NCBI GenBank assembly: GCA_963768855.1
Contig: CAVYJM010000006.1
Span: forward strand, 160,001-224,000
DNA: 64,000 nt
Direction of reading: 5' to 3'
Origin: an uncultured Thermoplasmata archaeon
GTDB lineage: Archaea > Thermoplasmatota > Thermoplasmata > RBG-16-68-12
Shown here: positions 1 through 6,938 of the stretch, piece by piece
How the letters are laid out: the number at the start of each line of letters is the position of its first letter
Numbering within the stretch: position 1 is the first letter of the stretch
Program-made: the position numbers and the translations under genes
Notes under the pieces: generated by a model
What the model saw: the letters and a program-made list of their open reading frames with translations, nothing else
Told to the model about the DNA's origin: nothing
Database searches by the model: none

Positions 1-49
1 TTAACTATCTGGTCGGTTTCAGCGGATTCGCCCTACGGAGGAAGAAGAG

Positions 50-508
50 ATGGCAGAACCCGAACCGGGAAGCTTTGTGCACATCGAGTTCGCATCGACG
101 GATCCGCGGCGGACCCGCAAGTTCTTCGAGGACGTGTTCGGCTGGGAGTTCCAGTCCATGCCCGGGATGGAGTACCATGTGTACGCGACGCCTCGGGGTC
201 CCGGGGGCGCCGTGATGGGCCCGACCGAGGAACGGCCCTCGGGTGTGCTCAACTATCTCCTGTCCCGCGACATCGAGGCCGACGTGAGGCGGATTGAAGC
301 GGCGGGTGGCCGGATCCTCGTGCCGAAGAAGGAGGTCCCCGGCGTGGGATGGTGGGCGTTGTTCGAGGAGCCTACGGGGATCGTCCTCGCGCTATTCCAG
401 AGCCTGTCCCCGGATCGAGGTCCGGAGGCTCGTTATCGCGGCGGCTCCGCGCGACGAAGGGGTCCCGCGGGGAGCGGCAAGCCGAGCAGAAGACGCCCGG
501 GCTTATAG
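50..508 (+). CDS. VOC (glyoxalase/bleomycin-resistance) family protein with basic C-terminal tail
   Basis: FVHIEF..TDP.RTRKFFEDVFGW, NYLL..DIEA..RRIEAAGGRIL.PK.EVPGVGWWALFEEPTG is typical of VOC; GGAGG RBS upstream. Confidence 0.9.
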   Translation: MAEPEPGSFVHIEFASTDPRRTRKFFEDVFGWEFQSMPGMEYHVYATPRGPGGAVMGPTEERPSGVLNYLLSRDIEADVRRIEAAGGRILVPKKEVPGVGWWALFEEPTGIVLALFQSLSPDRGPEARYRGGSARRRGPAGSGKPSRRRPGL

Positions 509-537
509 CCCTCCGTTTCTTTAGGCGCTCCTCAGCC

Positions 538-1176
538 ATGAGCTCGCGAGCGGGGTCCGTCGCCGGACTGGGGAAGCAGCGCGTCGAGTCGCTCACGGAC
601 GGCATTTTTGGCACCGTGATGACGATCCTGGGACTCAGCCTCATCGTCCCCTACGTGACCGCCCCCGCAGACCAGCCTCTCCCCTCCCTCGGCGACATCC
701 TCCCTGGCGTGCTCATCTACGCGCTCAGCTTCGTGATCATGGGCGTGTTCTGGGTCGGCCACCATGTCGTCTTCCACTACATCCGCCGCACGGATCGCAC
801 GCTGATCTGGCTGAACAACGCGTTCCTCCTTTTCGTCGGCCTGCTTCCGCTCACGACCGCGCTCCTGGGCCGGCACGACCTCGTGCAGGCGGCGCTCGTC
901 GCCTACGGCCTCAATCTGATCGCGGTCCAGGCCGCGCTGTACGCGACGTTCTGGTATGCCACGGTCCACCACCATCTCGTCGACCTCGACTTGGGGCCGG
1001 AGATCATCCGGTCCGGCCGCCGTCGGATCCTCCTCGGGCCCTGCGTCTCCTCGATCGCGATCCTGCTCACGTTCGTCGACCCTTACCTGAGCCTGGGGAT
1101 CTTCGTCCTCTTCCCGGTCGTGTTCATCCTCCCCGGCCGGATCGACGTTTTCTTCCGGCGGCAGGAGCACCCATAG
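538..1176 (+). CDS. TMEM175/DUF1211 family membrane protein (putative K+ channel)
   Basis: RVESLTDGIFGTVMT, YALSF..MG.FW..HH, WLN..FL.FV.LLP.TT motifs; about 6 TM helices; ATG at 538 chosen over the longer ORF call. Confidence 0.85.
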   Translation: MSSRAGSVAGLGKQRVESLTDGIFGTVMTILGLSLIVPYVTAPADQPLPSLGDILPGVLIYALSFVIMGVFWVGHHVVFHYIRRTDRTLIWLNNAFLLFVGLLPLTTALLGRHDLVQAALVAYGLNLIAVQAALYATFWYATVHHHLVDLDLGPEIIRSGRRRILLGPCVSSIAILLTFVDPYLSLGIFVLFPVVFILPGRIDVFFRRQEHP

Positions 1177-1192
1177 CGGGAGGAGGGCCAGG

Positions 1193-1615
1193 ATGCCTTC
1201 GGCCTCGACGATCGCGTGTTTCTTCGACGGTGCCTGCAAGGGAAACCAGTTTGCGTCGAAGGGACCGATGTGGGTCGCGTACGTCATCGGGAAGGAGGAG
1301 CACGTCCACGAGATCCCGGACCTCCCGATGCCGCAGGGCACGCTCCGGAGCAACAACATCGCGGAATATGCCGCGCTCATCCGCCTCCTTCGCCGCGCGA
1401 GCGAGCTCGACGCCCGGCGTCCCGGGACCCGGTACCTGGTCCACGGTGACTCGCAGCTCGTCGTCTACCAGATGCAGGGGCGGTACCGGGTGCGGGAACC
1501 GCACCTCGTGCCGCTCCATGCGGAGGCGCGACGCCTCGCGGCGGGTCTGGCCGTCACCTTCCGCTGGGTCCCGCGCGACCAGAACCGGGCCGGGCACTTG
1601 CTCGAGGCCCTCTGA
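1193..1615 (+). CDS. Ribonuclease HI family protein (archaeal type)
   Basis: FFDGACKGN, SNNIAEYAALI, VHGDSQLVVYQMQGRYRV, WVPRDQN. Confidence 0.8.
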   Translation: MPSASTIACFFDGACKGNQFASKGPMWVAYVIGKEEHVHEIPDLPMPQGTLRSNNIAEYAALIRLLRRASELDARRPGTRYLVHGDSQLVVYQMQGRYRVREPHLVPLHAEARRLAAGLAVTFRWVPRDQNRAGHLLEAL

Positions 1616-1765
1616 TCAGATCGGCGACGCGCCGAGCGTGTAGCCTCCCGAGAGCGCCGCCTTGGGCGAATCCCGCAGGATCCAGTAGAGCCGCAGGCTC
1701 CCGCGACGCCGGGGCACGATCTTCGTGCCGTCCTGCTCGCGGATTGGGATGAATTCGAGCTTCAT
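1616..1765 (-). CDS. 49-aa microprotein A (MKLEFIPIREQDGTKIVPRRRGSLRLYWILRDSPK...)
   Basis: Not in the ORF track. ATG with GAGGAG upstream, fills the intergenic gap, ungapped similarity to the micro-ORF at 10920-11126. Confidence 0.6.
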   Translation of the reverse strand: MKLEFIPIREQDGTKIVPRRRGSLRLYWILRDSPKAALSGGYTLGASPI

Positions 1766-1817
1766 GGAGATCCTCTCCTCGGGGAATGGAAAAAAGGATG
1801 CGGATGGGGTCGTGAGG

Positions 1818-2192
1818 TCACAGGGACTTCACGAGGCCCCATGCCGCGCCCACGAGGACGACGAGGCCCGTCAGGAATCCCGCCGCCCCGCCCGCCAGGA
1901 TGAGCAGGGCCAACCCCGCGACCCCGGCGACGAGGACGCCGTTCCGCATGCTCTTGCGCGAGACCCCGTACGCCACGAAGCCCAGCAGCCCGAAGACGAC
2001 CAGATAGATCGCTCCGAGCGGCACGACCGCGGCCGAGGACTCGGTCAGGGCCCGCACCACGTAGGTCACGATGCCCGCGAGCACCGCGATGGCACTCCCC
2101 AGGACGATGGGGACCTGGTAGGTCTCCATGTGCTCGAGGGCGCGCCACGAGCGGTTCACGCGATCGGACACGTTGCTTGTTTCGGTTGCCAT
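1818..2192 (-). CDS. Small 4-TM membrane protein, unknown function
   Basis: Hydrophobic ORF; GAGGTGA RBS before ATG at 2192. Confidence 0.75.
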   Translation of the reverse strand: MATETSNVSDRVNRSWRALEHMETYQVPIVLGSAIAVLAGIVTYVVRALTESSAAVVPLGAIYLVVFGLLGFVAYGVSRKSMRNGVLVAGVAGLALLILAGGAAGFLTGLVVLVGAAWGLVKSL

Positions 2193-2225
2193 GAGTGCGT
2201 TCACCTCGGCTCCCCCTCTTCCAGC

Positions 2226-2280
2226 ACCCTACTTAACCGTGATTGGACGTCCGTCGAACCGCGTATGAAGGTGTTGTCGT
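2226..2280 (-). promoter_or_regulatory. Conserved 55-bp promoter/operator element, copy 1
   Basis: 42/55 ungapped identity to 11156-11210; TTAAGTA TATA-like box on the minus strand; GTTCGACGGAC imperfect palindrome. Confidence 0.7.
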
Positions 2281-2413
2281 GGTCCCGACGACCCGATTCC
2301 GAGCCACGCGTCCGACCCCGGGAAGGGCCTCCGGCACTTTCGCCGTCCTCCCCCGGGACAAGGGGGAAATACCCCGGCCGCGCATGCGGGGTCCCCCTGG
2401 TGGGGGAGGAAGG

Positions 2414-2875
2414 ATGACCACGGCCATCGACAAGCCCGGCAGTTTCGTGCATATCGAGATTGCATCGACCGATCCGGAGAGGACCCGGAAGTTCTTCGAG
2501 GACGTCTTCGACTGGGAGTTCAACGCGATTCCAGAGATGAACTACACGACGTACGAGGCGCCGAGTGGGCCCGGCGGCGGACTCATGACCCCGATGGAGA
2601 ACCAGCAGCCCGGGATCTTGAACTACCTGTTGTCTCACGACCTCGACGCGGATGTCAAGAAGATCGAACAGGCGGGCGGCCGGATCCTCATGCCCAAGAC
2701 GGAAATCCCTGGCATGGGGTGGTGGATCGTCTTCCAGGAGCCCACGGGCCTCGTCCTCGCCCTGTATCAGGGGCGCCAGCAGGCACGCCCTCCTCCCCGT
2801 CGCCCGGCCCGGAAGCCCGCGAGCCGCGCGCGCAAGTCCGCAGGCCGGTCGAAGGGACGGGGCCGCAAGAAGTAA
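2414..2875 (+). CDS. VOC family protein, paralog of 50-508, with Arg/Lys-rich tail
   Basis: PGSFVHIEIASTDPERTRKFFEDVF is nearly identical to the first copy; GGAGGAAGG RBS. Confidence 0.9.
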   Translation: MTTAIDKPGSFVHIEIASTDPERTRKFFEDVFDWEFNAIPEMNYTTYEAPSGPGGGLMTPMENQQPGILNYLLSHDLDADVKKIEQAGGRILMPKTEIPGMGWWIVFQEPTGLVLALYQGRQQARPPPRRPARKPASRARKSAGRSKGRGRKK

Positions 2876-3008
2876 GCCCGTCCCCCACGCGGGGCGAAAC
2901 AGAACAATCCTAGCAAGGGACAATGCCCCCCTCCCCCGATTACCCCGCCGGAGGTGGGTAGTTGTACGTCCCCACGATCTCGACCGCCGGTGTCCCGAAG
3001 CCGCCGAA

Positions 3009-5677
3009 CTAGCGACGGCTGCGCTGCGTAGGCGCCGAGCGCAGAATCTGGAGATCGGACTCGATCTTCGAAAGCAGCTCGCGATTTCCGACTCGGCCCG
3101 CAATCTCGCGGGCCTCCAGGAGATAGGATTGACTTTCTCCCCTCTTGTCCTGTTCGGAGTAGAAGCCCGCGACCTCGCGGAGGACGAGGGCCAGGTCCGC
3201 GGGGCTTCCATGGACCCTCAGATCCGCGATCCCTTCCTGCCACGCATGGGTGGCTCTTGACCAGTGCCCCAGGCGCAGCTCCAGTTCTCCCTCGTACGTC
3301 TTCAGGAAACCCAAGGTGTCCTTCTCCTCGAGGATCTCAAAGTAGTCCATCGCGAGGCGGAGCGTTACACCCGCTTCCTCGTAGCGGTGCAGTTGGAGCA
3401 GCGCATTCGTCTGGTTCATCGTGGCATAGGCCATGAGTCGGAGATTCCCCAGCAACCGAGCGGTCTCGAATCCGTCCGCATAGTGTCGGAGGCTTTCGGC
3501 ACCCCTTCCCGCTCCCGTGAGGGTCGCCCCCACGACGATGTGCGCGTGGGCCACCTCCGTGAGGTTGCCGGAACGTTCCGCCACGCGTAGCCCTTCAAGA
3601 TTGGACTCGAGTCCTTGATCCACGTGCCCCCGCTGTAACTGAAGGCTGCCGAGCGCGAGCAGCGTGCGCGACAGAGCGGCGCGATCCGACGATTCCGTGG
3701 CCAAGTCCACGGCCTCGCTCAGGTGACGGGCCGCCTGATCGATGTTTCCGAGGGCCTGTTCGGCCAAGGCCATCTCCCGTAGGACCTCCGTCATCTCGGC
3801 GGAGTTGTTCATCTCGAGCAGTCGGGCGCGGGACTCCACCAGATACCCGAGCGCCTTGGGATACGCGTTCCGGCATCGTTCCAGGAAAGCCATCTTCCGG
3901 AGGAGCCTCGGGACTCGTTCGAACCGGCGCGCGCTCTCCGAGAGCTTTCGGGCGTGCCCGTACTGGAACAGGGCGGGGCCCACATGACCGCGGACACGGA
4001 GGCTGTCTCCCAAGACCTCGGCAAAGACGCAATACGTGCCCGCCTGGGTTTCGTCAAGAGTGAGTCCGTGAACCAGGGAGGCGATGTCTTCCGCGGCGAC
4101 ACAGTCCAGGAGAGGACTGCCCTCTGAGTCGAGGAGCATGGCGGCCTCGGCGGACTGGCCCGCTTCGAGCAAGTGGTAGACGCCCTCCCAGCGCTCGCGG
4201 GAGTCGGCCGCCCGCAAGAGGCGTTCCGCTGCCCGGGCGTGGAGAGCCCGCCGCCTCGCGCCGGGAACTTGGGCTGTCACGAACCCCCTCACCAGGTCGT
4301 GCATCAGGTATCCGCCCGCAATGGTCCTCTCGAGCAGATTGCGCTCGGTGAGGCTCTCCAATGCGGGATGGTCTGTCTCGGCGACCTCCTCGAGGATGTG
4401 TTCGCTCACCGGTCGCCGGAAAACGGACGCGGCCTGCAGGACGGATCGGTCGGTGTCCGAGAGGGAGCCCCACACCTCTTCCTCAAGGTACCGTTGCACC
4501 GCCGCACCCCGCCCGGTCCCCGTGGACGCGGCGAGGTGGAGAAGAAGAGGGTGCCCCCGCGTGGTCCGGACGATCTCCTGTGCGGTACTGGAATCCGGCC
4601 CTAGCCCACGGCTCCGAAGGAGAGCCATCGAGGCCCCGGGGTCGAGACCGCGCAGGTGAAGGATCTCAGGCTCTCGCGCTCCTTCGGTCGACGCGTCCAG
4701 CCACCGCGGGAGCCGGCGCCCGAGCAGGACCACTTTGACTCGGAGATCTCGACTCATGCGGAGGAATAGGCCGCTGATGAGTTTGGTGACGTCCCGCGAC
4801 GCCTGATCCACATTGTCGAGGACCACCAAAGTCCGCCCGTCGGCCAAGTCGCGCTCCAAGAGGCGGGAGACGAAGGCCAGGTCGAGGGGAACGCCCTGTG
4901 CGAGATGTGCGGCCAGTCCGGGTTTCCCCTGGGCGGCTAGGAAGCCCCCGAAGTCCGCAAGGAGCCCCGCGGCCGTGGACGAGGGACGCGTCTCGAACCC
5001 GTACACAGGGACCCGCACTTGACGTCCCTGGATCCAAGCCGCCACGAGCGCGCTCTTCCCGATCCCCGCGAGGCCGGTGACGAACAGGACGGGCGAATCG
5101 GACGTCCACCAGGCGTCGAGGGTCTTCAGCTCCCCCGTCCTCCCGATGAACCGATCCACGCGCCGCAATCCGCTGCCCCACACGACGGGTCCACGATTCC
5201 GGGCGGCAGCGGCGGTGCGCGTGAGGTCCAGGCGGCCCTTCCGTACGGACGACAGGGCGCCGGTGAGGTCGATCCGGGTCGACGCGAGGGTTCGGCACTT
5301 CGACGACGCGCACGGTGAGCGATCCGACGTTCGGAGCGCGGACTGTGACCACCTGGGAACCGAGTCTCTCGCGCAGGGCCACGGCAGCCTTCCACCCCGT
5401 CTCGCTCAGGTGGTATTCGTACTTCGGCAGTGAATGACCGGCGAGGCGGATCCGGTCCCGGGTGACGAGCCCATTCGCGCTCGAGCCGGTCCAGCCACTT
5501 CGTGAGCGTGCTCCGGCCGGAGCGGGTCGCGGTCGCGATCCCGTCCTGCGTCTGCTCTTCCGGCCGCAAGGCCTCGGAGGAGAGGTGGACCAGGACGCGG
5601 TCCGACGTCACGAACGTGCGCTTCCGGACGTACTGGCGGACCAGGGAGAAGCCTCGCGGAGGGTATGCGCGGGGCAA
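3009..5677 (-). pseudogene. wHTH-STAND NTPase-TPR protein interrupted by two +1 frameshifts (about 5478 and 5290); pseudogene or assembly error
   Basis: Three frames join into one protein: wHTH (TQDGIATATRSGRSTLTKWLDRLE/GLVTRDR..Y.LSETG), Walker A GLAGIGKS, Walker B VVLDN, GHPL motif, TPRs; colinear with 6939-9737. Confidence 0.75.
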
Positions 5678-5741
5678 AATAGAACATTTCGGCCTCTGGT
5701 TTTAAGTCTATCCTCGTCTCTGAGCGTCGTCCGCAAAGCCT

Positions 5742-6128
5742 ATGGCATCCCCCCAGGCCAACGGCGAGCGAGCGTGGAACGCCTCGCCGTGGCTGCCCTT
5801 CGTGTACGCGGAAGTCATCCGCAGTCCGGAGACCTTCGGAGTCGTGATTCTCGGCGACAAGGACCGCGACCCCCTCCTCGTCACGCACGGCGTGATCCGC
5901 GACGAGATGTGGAAGTTCCATCACAGCCCGCGCTCCGCGGCGAGCGGCGCGCTCTTCTTCCGCTACGTCGAGACGGCCCTGGAGGGGGAGGCGGAACGCC
6001 TCGCCCACATCGTCCAGGAGGAGCTGGCGAAGCTCGCGGACCACCCGATCCTATGGGGGGACTTTCCCCCGCTGGCCCCGTCGGGTGCGCTGGAAGCCGT
6101 CGCGGTCAAGAGGTCCCCGACTTCCTGA
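5742..6128 (+). CDS. Hypothetical protein, 128 aa
   Basis: Protein-like composition, TTTAAG box about 40 nt upstream, no recognised motif. Confidence 0.55.
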   Translation: MASPQANGERAWNASPWLPFVYAEVIRSPETFGVVILGDKDRDPLLVTHGVIRDEMWKFHHSPRSAASGALFFRYVETALEGEAERLAHIVQEELAKLADHPILWGDFPPLAPSGALEAVAVKRSPTS

Positions 6129-6209
6129 TCGGACGGCCAAACGGATCCGGGGGACGCCGGCCTCGACCTCGGCCGTATGGCGTCCCTCGGCTGGAGATCC
6201 GACTCCGGA

Positions 6210-6338
6210 TCAGACGAAGCGGACGAGGTAGGCCGCCTTGATGAGGAGGGCCGCCTTGATCGCGAGCGCCGCCTTCACGGCGAGCGCGGCGCAAGCGAAC
6301 GAGGCCAGGACCCAGGGAACTGCGAACGTGGTCTTCAC
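6210..6338 (-). CDS. 42-aa hydrophobic/cationic repeat peptide (MKTTFAVPWVLASFACAALAVKAALAIKAALLIKAAYLVRFV)
   Basis: Not in the ORF track. GTG start overlaps the TGA of the upstream ORF (GTGA); three 18-nt repeats. Confidence 0.5.
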   Translation of the reverse strand: MKTTFAVPWVLASFACAALAVKAALAIKAALLIKAAYLVRFV

Positions 6339-6553
6339 CTCCCTTCGAATTCGGGATTGAGCCCCCTGTCGGCCGCTCCGGCGGAGGATCGGAGGACCCC
6401 GCGCAGGAGCTGTGCGGTTCGGGAGAGGACGGAGCCGCCTTGCGAGCCGTCCTCCCGGGTTCGTTGCTTCCGCGGCGGCCAGCCGGCGTAGCCGTCCAGG
6501 TCGTCCCGTCGGAACGTCCGGACGCCCGCGGCTCCCATCGCCGCGAACGCCAT
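6335..6553 (-). CDS. 72-aa hypothetical protein (MAFAAMGAAG...)
   Basis: TGATG coupling upstream and GTGA coupling downstream; composition is unconvincing on its own. Confidence 0.35.
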   Translation of the reverse strand: MAFAAMGAAGVRTFRRDDLDGYAGWPPRKQRTREDGSQGGSVLSRTAQLLRGVLRSSAGAADRGLNPEFEGR

Positions 6554-6804
6554 CACGCGCCTCCGGGTGCGGTGAGGGCCGCGGAGAGGGCCTCCGAGAT
6601 CTTGGTCAGAGCCCGGACGACCGTCCCGACCTTCCCTCCGTTCATCCGCGCGCGGCCCGCCCGGCGCGCGCGCAGGATCGCGGCAGTCACGGCCGCGCCG
6701 TCTCCGGCGTACTCGGCGCTCACCCACGCCCGCAGGTCCGCGGGGATCTGGGGGGCGTCCGTTCGCATCCGGCTCACAAGACTCGCTTGGGTTACGGGCA
6801 GCAT
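6553..6804 (-). CDS. 83-aa hypothetical protein (MLPVTQASLVSRM...)
   Basis: GGAGG six nt before ATG at 6804; helical-looking sequence. Confidence 0.5.
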   Translation of the reverse strand: MLPVTQASLVSRMRTDAPQIPADLRAWVSAEYAGDGAAVTAAILRARRAGRARMNGGKVGTVVRALTKISEALSAALTAPGGA

Positions 6805-6854
6805 TTTTTGCCTCCAGAGACGGTCCACGACCCGGAGGGTCAAGAGGGAAGCGC

Positions 6855-6875
6855 AGGAGTCCCGAGGGGACTCCT
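6855..6875. promoter_or_regulatory. Perfect 9-bp inverted repeat AGGAGTCCC-GAG-GGGACTCCT
   Basis: Lies between the divergent starts at 6804 (minus) and about 6939 (plus). Confidence 0.45.
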
Positions 6876-6938
6876 ATGCCGAGGCGGGAAAACGTACTTA
6901 GGGCCACATTCCGTTGACCCGAGGTTGCGAGGGAGCTT

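Noticed and set aside
2920-2975. Minus-strand G-runs with G-quadruplex potential in the convergent intergenic region
   Set aside because: Only three closely spaced runs, long loops and a high GC background
6177-6491. Plus-strand ORF with a DEEGRLDRERRL repeat
   Set aside because: Antisense reading of the 18-nt repeats; the minus-strand peptide has the coupled start and is the better call
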